64,000 nt of DNA from Paracoccus sp. (in: a-proteobacteria) (GCF_030536915.1 NZ_JAUNPC010000005.1:1857-65856), one strand, 5' to 3'. Shown: positions 19,229-29,208, counted from the stretch's first letter. Notes: generated from the letters alone by a model not told the origin. Numbers and translations: made by a program.

Positions 19229-19746
19229 CGTTTGCACGCAGCGGGCGAAAGCCTGTTCCATGCGGCGCGGCTGCTGCCAACGCTTAGTGAAACCCGGATC
19301 GGAAAACGATCTGTTCCGATCCGTGATGGTTTGCCGCCTTGCCATGGGTTCCAAGGCTGCCCTCTTTGGAGAATGATGGAAGGACAGCTTCTGTCGTGGT
19401 CGCCGCGAGGTGTCTTGCGATAAAGTTCTAGTCCATATCCCGCGCCGCATGATCTTGCTGTCCAAGCCAAGGTCCTGCACAAGCGCAGCGGCCTCGCCCA
19501 TGTGGCGGTCCGGGAGGACCGCCTCTCGCGCACGGATCTGCGATGTCCATCAAGATGCGACCGAACCATGCGCGATGCACAGTCATGAAAGGCAAGCCAC
19601 TGGACCGCCCTCTTTCCACCAAGCGCGGTCGAGTTGCGGGAAAACGGCAGGCTTATCGGGGGTCCAGATCTGCGCCCCGCACAGGTCGTGACTCTCGCAG
19701 AAAGGGCTTGCCGTTGGTATTCGAGGGCGCTATCTAGCGCGGCACC

Positions 19747-19821
19747 GGGCGATTAGCTCAGCGGTAGAGCGCTTCGTTCACATCGAAGATGTCAGCGGTT
19801 CAAATCCGTTATCGCCCACCA
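19747..19821 (+). tRNA. tRNA-Val(CAC)
   Basis: GGGCGATTAGCTCAGCGGTAGAGCGCTTCGTTCACATCGAAGATGTCAGCGGTTCAAATCCGTTATCGCCCACCA. Confidence 0.95.
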
Positions 19822-19827
19822 TCATTC

Positions 19828-19865
19828 AGGACCGTCCGCACCAGCGCAGGCGGTCCTTTTCTTTT
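19828..19865 (+). terminator. Putative terminator after tRNA-Val(CAC)
   Basis: AGGACCG..CGGTCCT stem followed by TTTCTTTT. Confidence 0.6.
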
Positions 19866-20033
19866 ACCTGCCTGACTTGGCCCTGCCCCTGCCATCCGAG
19901 CCGGGGAAGAACGGTCAGGACATGCGGTTCGGATGGGGCAGAAATTCCGCAGGTCCGCCTTGGCGTTCCCCCTGCGTTCATCAGGCGCAGGCCCTTTACA
20001 CCATCATGCCGACGGTCCATTGAACCGGGCAGC

Positions 20034-20108
20034 GGGGCGGTAGCTCAGCGGTAGAGCGACGGCTTTACACGCCGTTGGCCGGGGGTTCGATCCCCTCCCG
20101 CCCCACCA
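20034..20108 (+). tRNA. tRNA-Val(TAC)
   Basis: GGGGCGG/CCGCCCC acceptor stem, ACGGC-TTTACAC-GCCGT anticodon arm, GGTTCGATCC T-arm, CCA end. Confidence 0.92.
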
Positions 20109-20129
20109 ACTTTTCCCTCTGCTGAACAC

Positions 20130-20552
20130 GGCCAAGGGCCAGCCCATGGCCCACAAGCCGCAGCCAGACAGGACGTCCGCGATCATGCCGATGGCGACTG
20201 GCTTCGGGATCGCCGCCACGATCCGGCCGAACAGTCCCGTGACCCCCAAGGTCAGGATGACCAGCGCCGCCACGACATTGGCGCCGACGACGTCCGAGAA
20301 GGGCATCCCCGACCCGGTCGAGATCAGCAGCACCGTCCCCGGTGCGGACCAGGCCGTGACGATGGGCGCGCGGGTCAGCAGGCCCAACGCGATGCCGGTG
20401 ACGCCCGCCGGGACAGAGATGGCCATCACCCAAGGCGAGAATGCCGCATCGTCAAACCCCATCGCTCGCGCCGCCTGCAGATGGATCAGCAGAGCGCCGG
20501 CACAGGATACCAGCACCGGCAGAAATCCTGCCGTCACTGTCGAGGACGTCAT
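20130..20552 (-). pseudogene. Truncated BenE-family (benzoate/H+ symporter) fragment
   Basis: N-terminal BenE-like segment (AGFLPVLVS, QAARAMG, APIVTAWSAPG, IPKPVAIGM) of about 140 aa, running into the tRNA; 3' limit approximate. Confidence 0.65.
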
Positions 20553-20757
20553 GCCCGCGGCGGGGTGCCGACAGCCGGCGGCGTCGAGCCTGTCGGCACC
20601 GGCTACCCCCGCAGCCGAGGGGCCGGCCATGAACCGGGCATGCGCGTCCGGCCCCCTGGCCTGCAGCGACGGTCCATGCGCCATCCATTCTCGCCCTCCC
20701 CTTCCCCGTTCCGGCTTCCGCAGGGATCGGCGCCTGCGGCCGGGGCCGGGGCCGGCG

Positions 20758-20907
20758 CACCTCGCCGACTTCATGGCCGACTGCAACTTTGCGCGTCGGC
20801 TCAAGACGCTGAACTCCTTATGCCCTGCGAATACATCTGCAAGGTCTGGACCTCAGAGCCGGAGGGATTCATCCTCAACCCGGTTCACCAGATGCGGGGG
20901 CTGAACA
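20758..20907 (+). mobile_element. IS481-family transposase C-terminal remnant with right end
   Basis: HLADFMADCNFARRLKTL, frameshift, then PCEYICKVWTSEPEGFILNPVHQMRGLNT; ends in CTGAACA (IS481 ends are TGT..ACA). Confidence 0.75.
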
Positions 20908-21108
20908 CCCGGTTTCTGTCGATAACGCCGCCGGTCTTGTCTGATAGCCTGAAAGGCATTGACCGCCGCCCCGGCGCGTGCCCTCCGCAGCCGGGCAGCC
21001 TCACTGGGAATGGTGACCGCCCGGGCCGGAACCGTTTGCCCAAGCGGAACCTCGGGTGGCCTGAGGCGGGGCTGCGCCCTTCAAGCGTCTTTCCTGCAAT
21101 GTGGCGCG

Positions 21109-21134
21109 TGAACCACTTGCTTCAACATTGCGTT
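21109..21134 (+). promoter_or_regulatory. EcfG (general stress sigma)-like promoter
   Basis: TGAAC-N17-CGTT, 35 nt upstream of the AI-2E gene; one mismatch to GGAAC. Confidence 0.45.
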
Positions 21135-21169
21135 GCGGCTGCACAAACCCTCAGCCCTGCGGTGCCCAT

Positions 21170-23548
21170 GTGATCCTGCCCCTTCCAACACCCGGCACCG
21201 AGCCGTCATCCCAGCCCCAGCAGACCGATGTCCTGCGCCTTGCCGCGGGACTGGTGATCGCGGCCATCCTGATCGCCGCGCTTTATTTCGGGCAGGTGGT
21301 GCTGATCCCGCTGGCTGTCGCCTTTCTCATCAGCTTCGTGCTGGGACCGCTGGTGCAGTGGCTGGTCCGCCATGGGCTGTCGCGCATCCTTGCTGTCGCG
21401 CTGGCCATGGGGCTGGTGCTGTCGGTTCTGGGCGCGCTGGGCACCGTGGTCGCCGTGCAGGTGCGCTCGCTCAGCGCCGAACTGCCAACCTACCAATCCA
21501 CCATCCGCGCCAAGATCAAGGACCTCGGCGCGCAGATGGAAGGGCCGGGTTTCCTGGAAGGCGCGCTGCAGACCGTGGACACCGTCCAGCAGGAAGTGGC
21601 CGAGGTCGTCGGCGATGGCGACGAGAACGACATTGCCCCCCAGCGCGTCCGCGTCATCGCCGAGCCGGTCTCGCCCTTCGCGACCGCGATGCTGTGGCTG
21701 TCGCCGCTGCTTGCGCCGGTGGCCACGGCGGGCATCGTGCTGGTCTTCGTGGTGCTGATCCTGCTCGACCAGGGCGACCTGCGCGACCGGCTGCTGAGGA
21801 TGCTGGGCGGCAACATCTACCGCTCCACCGACGCGCTGGAGGAAGCCAGCAAGCGCATCTCGAAATACCTGCTGATGCAGCTTGTGGTGAACGTCACCTA
21901 CGCGATCCCGATGGCGCTGGGATTGTGGGCCATCGGGGTGCCGGGCTGGATCCTGTGGGGGACGCTGGCCGCCGTGATGCGCTTCATCCCCTATGTCGGG
22001 CCGATCCTGTCGGCGGTCTTCCCGCTCAGCCTCGCCTTTGCGGTCGATCCGGGCTGGAACATGGTGCTGATGACGGCCGGGCTGATCCTTGTGTTGGAAC
22101 TGGTGTCGAACAACATCATCGAGCCGCTGCTTTACGGCACCAGCACGGGGCTGTCGGTCCTGTCGCTGATCGCGGCCGCGACCTTCTGGACCGCGATCTG
22201 GGGACCGATCGGGCTGGTCCTGTCCACGCCCCTGACCGTCTGCCTGCTGGTCGTGGGCCGCTATATCCCGCAGTTGTCCATCCTCGAAACGCTGCTCGGG
22301 TCCAGTCCCGCGCTCAGTCGCGAGACGCGCATCTACCAGCGACTCATCGCCAACGACCCCGATGACGCCATCGACATCGCCGAGGACGTGATCGAGGAGG
22401 AATCCGTGACCGAGTTCTACAACGACGAGGGGATGGAGGTGCTGCGGCAGGCCAGCATCGACTATATCAACAACGCCCGCGCCGAGCACCGGCTGCGGAT
22501 CGCCAATGGCATGGACGAGCTGCTGGAACATATCCGCGGCGAATATCCCGCCGACCTGCCGGAAGGCGCGGCCCCCCGCGTCGCCTGCATCGCCGGCAAG
22601 TGGGAGATCGACCGCCAGGCCTGCGAGATGCTGGCCCACAGCCTGCAGCTTGACGGGCTGCCCGCGGTGGTGCGGGCCGCGGGCAGCGTCACCTCGCGCT
22701 ATGTCGCGGGGCTTGAACTCGAAGGGGTGCAGGTCGTCCTGCTGAGCTTCTTCAGCCGCGAGCCGGACGCCGCCGCCCGGAACCTCACCCGCCGCATCCG
22801 CGCCCGCTGGCCGGATGTCAAGGTCGTGCTCGGCCTCTGGGGCGTGCCGGCCGACGCCCTTGACAAGCGGCGGCGCGAGGCCTTGGGCGCCGATGCGGTG
22901 GTGGCCTCGATCAAGGAAACCGTGGGGCGCATTGCCCTCTTGGCGAAGGACGCGGCGGGTGCCGGGGTCGAGCTCGTGCAGGACCCGCAGGCGGCCACGC
23001 TGCGGAACGAGACCCTGCGGGGCGTGAAGCTCGAGGACCCCGATCTGCGCGAGGACCTGAACGACTACGCGCTCCGGGCCGCCGATGTGTTCGACATGAA
23101 GACCGCCGTGATCGTCGCCCTCGAGGGCGACCATGAACTGGTGATCGGCGCCAGCCGCGACCTGCCCGGCGCGCGGACGACCGACGGGCGGGACCTGATC
23201 CTGCTGCCCGCGGGCGCGCCCCTGTCGGCGGGGCTTCTGGCCGATGCCGGGCCGCTGATGGTGCCCGACATCGAGCGCGACCCCCGGCTGTCGGAAAACC
23301 AGATCCTGCACCGCTGGTCCGCGCGGGCGCTGGCCGCCGCGCCGGTGCGGCAGGCCGACGGCGTCGTTCTGGGCGCCTTGTGCCTGATCCACGACGAGGT
23401 GCGCGAACTGGACGACGAGGAACTGCGGCTGCTGGAAACGCTTGCGGCCGAGGTGGCCGAGCGGCTGACCGGCGAGGAAGCCGCGCCCATCAGCGAGCCG
23501 CAGAAGCCCGCCGTCTCCGCCACCATCGGCCAGAAGGTGCCGGAATGA
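21170..23548 (+). CDS. AI-2E family transporter fused to soluble domains and a C-terminal GAF domain
   Basis: VLIPLAVA, RFIPYVGP, NNIIEP, GLVLSTPL membrane part; C-terminal PDIERDPR..LAAAPV..LGALCL GAF pattern; start codon uncertain. Confidence 0.82.
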   Translation: MILPLPTPGTEPSSQPQQTDVLRLAAGLVIAAILIAALYFGQVVLIPLAVAFLISFVLGPLVQWLVRHGLSRILAVALAMGLVLSVLGALGTVVAVQVRSLSAELPTYQSTIRAKIKDLGAQMEGPGFLEGALQTVDTVQQEVAEVVGDGDENDIAPQRVRVIAEPVSPFATAMLWLSPLLAPVATAGIVLVFVVLILLDQGDLRDRLLRMLGGNIYRSTDALEEASKRISKYLLMQLVVNVTYAIPMALGLWAIGVPGWILWGTLAAVMRFIPYVGPILSAVFPLSLAFAVDPGWNMVLMTAGLILVLELVSNNIIEPLLYGTSTGLSVLSLIAAATFWTAIWGPIGLVLSTPLTVCLLVVGRYIPQLSILETLLGSSPALSRETRIYQRLIANDPDDAIDIAEDVIEEESVTEFYNDEGMEVLRQASIDYINNARAEHRLRIANGMDELLEHIRGEYPADLPEGAAPRVACIAGKWEIDRQACEMLAHSLQLDGLPAVVRAAGSVTSRYVAGLELEGVQVVLLSFFSREPDAAARNLTRRIRARWPDVKVVLGLWGVPADALDKRRREALGADAVVASIKETVGRIALLAKDAAGAGVELVQDPQAATLRNETLRGVKLEDPDLREDLNDYALRAADVFDMKTAVIVALEGDHELVIGASRDLPGARTTDGRDLILLPAGAPLSAGLLADAGPLMVPDIERDPRLSENQILHRWSARALAAAPVRQADGVVLGALCLIHDEVRELDDEELRLLETLAAEVAERLTGEEAAPISEPQKPAVSATIGQKVPE

Positions 23549-23715
23549 CGGCGCAGACCTGACCATGGCCGGGCCGCTGCGCCGCCCTGCGATAGACGCC
23601 TTGTCCGCGCCCGCCGATCCGCCCTGACCGCCAGGCAGCTGGACTTCGGTCCGGTGCCGGATGATGCAGGCACAAACCCCGCTTTCAAGCGATCCGTTGA
23701 AAAAGGCACCCCACC

Positions 23716-24423
23716 ATGCAGACCAGACCGCGCATCCTCATCATCGCCACTTCTGCCGCCACCATGACCGGCAGCGACAAGCCCACGGGCCTCTGGCTCG
23801 AGGAACTGACGACGCCCTTCTACGCCTTTATCGATGCGGGTGCCGAGGTGACGCTTGCCTCGATCGCGGGCGGCAAGGTGCCGGTAGACCCCAGCAGCAT
23901 GAAGCCCGCGGGCGAGAATGACGCCTCGGTGGAACGCGCCCTGAATGACTCCGCGTTCCAGTCCCGCATCGCCGACACGCCGCAGTTCGATACGCTGGAT
24001 ACCTCTGGCTTCGACGCCATCGTCCTGCCGGGTGGTCACGGGACGATGTTCGACTATCCCGACAGCGAGGCGCTGGCAAAGCTGGTGGCCGACTTTGATG
24101 CCGCCGGCAAGGTCGTCGCTGCCGTCTGCCACGGTCCTGCCGGGCTGGTGGGCGCCCGTCGCGCGGATGGCACGCCGGTCGTCGCCGGCCGCCGCGTCGC
24201 CGCCTTCACCGACAGCGAAGAGCGCGCCGTGGGTCTTGAGGATGCCGTCCCGTTCCTGCTGACGACGCGGCTGAAGGAACTGGGCGCCAGGATCGAGGCC
24301 GGCCCGGATTTCGAGCCCTTCGCCATCCGCGATGGCAACCTGGTCACCGGCCAGAACCCCGCCTCGGCCGAGCCGATCGCAAGGCTGGTCCTCGATGCGA
24401 TCGACGAGGCGCAGCGGGGCTGA
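23716..24423 (+). CDS. DJ-1/PfpI family protein (Hsp31/glyoxalase III-like)
   Basis: GLWLEEL, PGGHG, VCHGP, TGQNPAS. Confidence 0.88.
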   Translation: MQTRPRILIIATSAATMTGSDKPTGLWLEELTTPFYAFIDAGAEVTLASIAGGKVPVDPSSMKPAGENDASVERALNDSAFQSRIADTPQFDTLDTSGFDAIVLPGGHGTMFDYPDSEALAKLVADFDAAGKVVAAVCHGPAGLVGARRADGTPVVAGRRVAAFTDSEERAVGLEDAVPFLLTTRLKELGARIEAGPDFEPFAIRDGNLVTGQNPASAEPIARLVLDAIDEAQRG

Positions 24424-24824
24424 CGCTCAGGGAAGGTGGTCCGGTGAAGAAGTCACTGTTGATCCGGGCGTCTGTCGCCATCGACGTGACGCAGTGCAGG
24501 TCCCCGATCTGGGTGAGGGCATTTCCGGCATTGATGATGTGACCGCCCCCCCTTTGTGGATCGCCGCAGTTCCAGGGTGGGCAGCGATGCCATTTGAGGG
24601 GACGGCCACATTGTCAACGCCCCTCGCCGTATTGGCTCTCGCCTCCGGCGACCCGCAGGACCCGCCGAGTGCATGGCAGAACCCGTGATGCAGCAGCGTG
24701 CCCCATCCCACCCCGGCATCATCACTGCGCCCCAAGTTTCGCCCTTCGGAAACACCGGCACAGCCCGCTTGCCGTTTCCGGGCAGGTTAGCCACCCTGCG
24801 CCGACTTCAGGGCAAGGACGCGAC

Positions 24825-25580
24825 GTGACCGATTTTCTTCTGCTGCTTGTCGCCGGGTTCCTCGGCGGAATGCTGAACGCGGTGGCGGGGGGCGGCACCT
24901 TCATCGTCTTTCCCGCGCTGGTCTTCACCGGCGTTCCGGTCGTTTCCGCCAATGCCACCAGCACCGTGGCCGCCCTGCCCGGCTATCTCGCCGCCGCGCT
25001 CGGCTTCCGGCACGAGATCGCACGGATTCCGCGCGACATCATGATGCGGCTGACGCTGTGGACGCTTTTGGGCGGGGGCCTGGGCTCGGCGCTGCTGCTG
25101 GTGTCCTCGAACGAGGCCTTCGCGGTCATCGTGCCCTTCCTGCTGCTCGCCGCGACGCTGATCTTCCTGGCAGGGCCGCAACTGCGGGCCTTCGCCTCGC
25201 GCCACCGCAGCGGGGTCACGGCCTTCGGCGCGGGCACCATGGTGCCGGTCGCGCTTTACGGGGGCTATTTCAACGGAGGTCTCGGGATCGTGCTTCTGGC
25301 GCTGTTCTCGTTGTGGGGGATGACGGATATCCACACGATGAACGGCCTCAAGACCTGGCTGTCCTTTGCGCTGTCCACCATCAGCCTGGGGATCTTCGCC
25401 TGGGGCGGGCAGATCGCCTGGCTGCCCTGCCTGATCCTTGCCATCGGCGCCATCATCGGGGGCCTCGCCGGGGCGCCTGTCGCGCGTCTCATGCCGGTGA
25501 GCGCGCTGCGCGGGTTGATCGCGGTGGTGGGCTTCGGCATGACGGCACTATTCTTCTGGCGCCTTATCAACGGAGCGTGA
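24825..25580 (+). CDS. TSUP/TauE-SafE family membrane protein
   Basis: NAVAGGG, ANATST, YGGYFNGGLG. Confidence 0.85.
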   Translation: MTDFLLLLVAGFLGGMLNAVAGGGTFIVFPALVFTGVPVVSANATSTVAALPGYLAAALGFRHEIARIPRDIMMRLTLWTLLGGGLGSALLLVSSNEAFAVIVPFLLLAATLIFLAGPQLRAFASRHRSGVTAFGAGTMVPVALYGGYFNGGLGIVLLALFSLWGMTDIHTMNGLKTWLSFALSTISLGIFAWGGQIAWLPCLILAIGAIIGGLAGAPVARLMPVSALRGLIAVVGFGMTALFFWRLINGA

Positions 25581-25582
25581 AC

Positions 25583-25930
25583 ATGGCGGAAATCAAGCGG
25601 ATCGAATGCGGCCCCCGGATGAGCATGGCGGTCGTCCACAACGGCATCGTCCATCTGGCCGGGCAGGTGGGCAACCCCGGCAACAGCGTGACCGAGCAGA
25701 CACGCGAGGTGCTGGCGCAGGTCGACCGGCTGCTGGCCGAGGCGGGGACCGACAAGACGCGCATCCTGACCGCCCAGATCTGGCTGGCCGACATGGCCGA
25801 CTTTGCCGAGATGAACGCCGTCTGGGATACCTGGGTGCCGCAGGGCCACTGCCCCGCCCGAGCAACCGGAGAGGCGAAGCTGGCGACGCCCGACTACAGG
25901 GTCGAGGCGATCATCACCGCCGCGCTGTAA
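25583..25930 (+). CDS. RidA family protein (YoaB-like)
   Basis: RMSMAV, LAGQV, IWLADM, MNAVWD, PARATGE, VEAI. Confidence 0.88.
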   Translation: MAEIKRIECGPRMSMAVVHNGIVHLAGQVGNPGNSVTEQTREVLAQVDRLLAEAGTDKTRILTAQIWLADMADFAEMNAVWDTWVPQGHCPARATGEAKLATPDYRVEAIITAAL

Positions 25931-27068
25931 CCGCCGCCATCACCGACCGCGCCGCCCGCAGGCCGGGCGGCTCTCCTCCGCGGCCCAGCCGCTGCATCGT
26001 CAGGTCCATCGCGGCCAGTTGCTCGGCGCGGGCGTCGGGATCGTCCAGCAGGCGCAGCAGCGCGCTGGCCATGGGGCCGGGTTGGCAGTGATTGCCAAGA
26101 AATTCGGGCACCGCGCGGGTCCCGCTGACGAGGTTCACCAGCGTCACCGTATCGGTCTTCAGCAGCATCCCCATCAGCGCGCGGCTGACCGGCGCCATGT
26201 CATAGCCGATCACCATCGGGACCCTGTTCGCCGCAAGTTCCAGGCTGACCGTGCCCGAGGCGGCCAGCGCCAGATCGGCGGCGGCGAATGCCGCGCGCTT
26301 GTCGGCTTGGTCCTGCACGATCACCGGCGCGGTCGGCCAGCGCCTTGCCATCCCGCCCAGCATGTCGGCGACGCCCGGCACGGTCGGCAGCACGACACGG
26401 ATCTCGGGCACCCGGTCGCGCAGCCGGATCAGCGCCTCGTCGAAGCGGGGGCCGAGCCGTCCGACCTCGCCGCGCCGCGATCCGGGCAGGCACAGCACAA
26501 GCGGCGCCTCGGCGGCAATGCCATGGGCGGTGCGGAAAGCCGCGGCCTCGTCAGCTGTCGCAACAGGCTCTGCCACGACGGGGTGGCCGACGAAATCGCA
26601 GGTCATCCCGGCGGCCTGCATCAACGGCGGCTCGAAGGGAAGAATGGCCAGCACATGGTCGATGACCTGCGCCATCTTCGCCGCTCGCCCCGGCCGCCAT
26701 GCCCAGACCGAGGGCGCGACGTAATGCACGGTGCGGACCTGCGGCGCCGCGGCCCGCACGATCCGCGCCACCCGCAACCCGAAATCGGGACTGTCGATCG
26801 TGACCAGCACATCCGGCGGCGCCGCGATCACCGCCCGCGCCGTTTCCGCGATCCGACGCTTGAGCGCGCGGTATTTCGGCAGGATCTCCCAGATGCCCAT
26901 GAGGCTGAGCTCAGCTATGGGAAACAGGCTGCTCAGCCCCTGCGCGGCCATCGCCTCGCCGCCAACTCCCTTAAGCTCAAGTGAGGGGTCCAATTGGCGC
27001 AACCCGTCGATCAGCGCCCCGCCCAGACGGTCGCCCGAAGGCTCGCCCGCGATCAGGAACGCCTTCAT
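25914..27068 (-). CDS. lpxB: Lipid-A-disaccharide synthase
   Basis: AGEPSGD, IDSPDF, YVAPSVWAWR, VGHP, LPGSR, ASGTVSLE. Confidence 0.95.
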   Translation of the reverse strand: MKAFLIAGEPSGDRLGGALIDGLRQLDPSLELKGVGGEAMAAQGLSSLFPIAELSLMGIWEILPKYRALKRRIAETARAVIAAPPDVLVTIDSPDFGLRVARIVRAAAPQVRTVHYVAPSVWAWRPGRAAKMAQVIDHVLAILPFEPPLMQAAGMTCDFVGHPVVAEPVATADEAAAFRTAHGIAAEAPLVLCLPGSRRGEVGRLGPRFDEALIRLRDRVPEIRVVLPTVPGVADMLGGMARRWPTAPVIVQDQADKRAAFAAADLALAASGTVSLELAANRVPMVIGYDMAPVSRALMGMLLKTDTVTLVNLVSGTRAVPEFLGNHCQPGPMASALLRLLDDPDARAEQLAAMDLTMQRLGRGGEPPGLRAARSVMAAVTARR

Positions 27069-27104
27069 CGACCGTTGCCCGCCGCCTTGCAGCAGGCGGC
27101 AGGG

Positions 27105-27126
27105 GCTTCTTTCTGGTCCAAATACC
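27105..27126 (+). repeat. Truncated copy R4 of dispersed repeat
   Basis: GCTTCTTTCTGGTCCAAATACC in the lpxB-lpxI gap; matches the 5' part of the copy at 49437. Confidence 0.55.
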
Positions 27127-27129
27127 AAG

Positions 27130-27930
27130 TCACTCCCGCGCCCACAGGAACAGCCCCGCAGCCTTGGCGGCGCCGATTGCCGCATCGCGCTCCAGCAGCA
27201 TCACGCCCCGCGCTTCCCAGGCGATCCCCGCCAGCCCGGCACGGGCAGCCTGCGCGACGGTATCCGGGCCGATTGCCGGCAGGTCGATGCGGCGGTCCTG
27301 CATCGGCTTCGGGGCCTTGTAAAGCACCCCGCGCCCGCCTGCCGCCACGGGACGCAGCCCCTGATGGGCGGCGGCGAAATCCAGCATCGCCTCGGTCCCC
27401 GGCAGCGTTTCAAACGCAAGGCACAGGCCTTGGACCACCACGCAGCCCTGCCCGATATCCAGCGGCCCCGTCACCGCCAGGATCTGCGCCGCGCGTTCGG
27501 CATCGGCCCTGTCGGCGGCCGAGGGCTCTCCGGCCAGCAGGCCGGGGCCGGGGACAAGATCAGGGCGGATCGCATCGACGCCCGCGATCTCGAATCCCCA
27601 TTCCTCGAAGATCGCGATCAACTCGCGCAGGGCGCCATCGTCGCCCCCCTGCATGGCCGACAGGAAGCGCGGCACCAGCGTGGCGGTGCGAGGATCGAAT
27701 GCCTCGGGGTCCAGCCGCGGACGGCGCACCGCGCCGGCAAAGACGACGCGGGTGACGCCTTGGTCCACCAGGCCGTCAAGGAACGGCACCAGCCGCTCCA
27801 GCCGGAAGGGCCGGGCGGGAATCGCGGGCTCGAACCCGTCCAGCGCATGGACCAGCGGCGCCTCCAGCGCCTCGGCCACAAGCGCGGGCAGCGCGCCCTC
27901 CCCCGCGATGATCGCGGTCCTGCCCGTCAT
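27130..27930 (-). CDS. lpxI: UDP-2,3-diacylglucosamine diphosphatase LpxI
   Basis: IIAGEGALP, GDDGAL, DIGQG, GTEAML, KPMQDRRIDLPAIG; between lpxA and lpxB. Confidence 0.9.
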   Translation of the reverse strand: MTGRTAIIAGEGALPALVAEALEAPLVHALDGFEPAIPARPFRLERLVPFLDGLVDQGVTRVVFAGAVRRPRLDPEAFDPRTATLVPRFLSAMQGGDDGALRELIAIFEEWGFEIAGVDAIRPDLVPGPGLLAGEPSAADRADAERAAQILAVTGPLDIGQGCVVVQGLCLAFETLPGTEAMLDFAAAHQGLRPVAAGGRGVLYKAPKPMQDRRIDLPAIGPDTVAQAARAGLAGIAWEARGVMLLERDAAIGAAKAAGLFLWARE

Positions 27931-28712
27931 GCGAGGGGCTTCAGGAAGCTGCGCTCGCTGGGACCGAGGATGAAGTCCAGCACCTCGCGTTCCATCGGCG
28001 TGACCTCGCCTTCGGCACGCACGCGCGCGGCATCCCGGAGCGACCCCGCCCCCAGCGCCGCCAGCAACTCGCGCAGCGCCGCAATCTCGGCCCGCCCGGC
28101 TCCGCGCCGCTTGAGGCCCACGAGGTTCAGCCCCTCCATCTGCCCCCGCGGCCCCGACACCAGCGCATGCGGCAGCACGTCCGCCGTCACCATCGTCAAG
28201 GCCCCGATCATGGCCCCGCGGCCGATGCGGACGAACTGGTGGATGCCGGACAACCCGCCGACGATCACCTCGTCCTCAAGCACGCAATGGCCGGCGACAG
28301 CGACGCTGTTGACCAGGATCACGCGGTCGCCGATCCGGCAGTCGTGGGCGACGTGGCAGCTTGCCATGAACAGCCCGTCATTGCCGACCTGCGTCAGCCC
28401 GCCGCCGCCGGCCGTGCCGGGGTTCATCGTGACATATTCGCGGATGCGGTTGCGGGCGCCGATGACAAGGCGGGTCCGCTCTCCCTGAAACTTCAGGTCC
28501 TGAGGGATGCCGCCGATGCAGGCAAAGGGGAAGATGACCGTTTCGGCCCCGATCTCGGTGTCGCCCGCGACGACGACATGGGATTTCAGCTCGACCCCGT
28601 CAGCCAGCCGCACCTCGGGCCCGACATGGCAGAAGGGGCCGATGCGGACGCCTTGCCCCAGTTCCGCACCCGTCTCGACGATGGCCGAAGGGTGGATGGC
28701 GGTGTCAGCCAT
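27927..28712 (-). CDS. lpxA: UDP-N-acetylglucosamine acyltransferase
   Basis: IHPSAIV hexapeptide repeats, PQDLKF, HVAHDC, HQFVRIG. Confidence 0.96.
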   Translation of the reverse strand: MADTAIHPSAIVETGAELGQGVRIGPFCHVGPEVRLADGVELKSHVVVAGDTEIGAETVIFPFACIGGIPQDLKFQGERTRLVIGARNRIREYVTMNPGTAGGGGLTQVGNDGLFMASCHVAHDCRIGDRVILVNSVAVAGHCVLEDEVIVGGLSGIHQFVRIGRGAMIGALTMVTADVLPHALVSGPRGQMEGLNLVGLKRRGAGRAEIAALRELLAALGAGSLRDAARVRAEGEVTPMEREVLDFILGPSERSFLKPLA

Positions 28713-29181
28713 CCGCGGGCGCCATCATCGCGGTGAACTCGGCCTCGGCGCAGATCTGGCCATCGACCTTGGCCTGCCCGGTGAACTTCCAGATCTTGCC
28801 GCCGGGGCGCTTGACGCGGACATGCAGTTCCAGCACGTCGCCGGGCTGGACCATGCGGCGGAACTTGCAGCCGTCGATGCCCATGAAATAGGTCAGCATG
28901 GTCTTGTCGATCATGTCCATGCTGATGCCGACGACAATGGCGGCCGTCTGCGCCATCGCCTCGACGATCAGCACGCCGGGCATCACCGGCTGGTCGGGGA
29001 AATGGCCGGGGAAATGCGGCTCGTTCGAGGTGACGCACTTGATCCCGACCGCGCCTTCATGGGCCACGATGTCCCGGACCCTGTCGATCATCAGGAAGGG
29101 ATAGCGGTGCGGGATGATCCGCTTGATCAGGGCAAGGTCTGCATGGCCGTAAGGGGCTGGGCTGCGCTCGGTCTCGGCCAT
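28705..29181 (-). CDS. fabZ: 3-hydroxyacyl-ACP dehydratase
   Basis: [25 protein letters not shown]. Confidence 0.96.
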   Translation of the reverse strand: MAETERSPAPYGHADLALIKRIIPHRYPFLMIDRVRDIVAHEGAVGIKCVTSNEPHFPGHFPDQPVMPGVLIVEAMAQTAAIVVGISMDMIDKTMLTYFMGIDGCKFRRMVQPGDVLELHVRVKRPGGKIWKFTGQAKVDGQICAEAEFTAMMAPADG

Positions 29182-29208
29182 CTTGTGCTCCGAATGTTTC
29201 CGTCGTGC

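Noticed and set aside
16602-19280. 892-aa antisense ORF over lon (likewise 21206-23566, 55485-58742, 8523-10619, 45355-47559 and others)
   Set aside because: Shadow ORFs caused by high-GC codon bias opposite well-supported genes; no recognisable motifs.
20004-20804. 266-aa ORF as an intact gene
   Set aside because: Only the central part resembles BenE; the ORF runs antisense through tRNA-Val and begins in the IS remnant.
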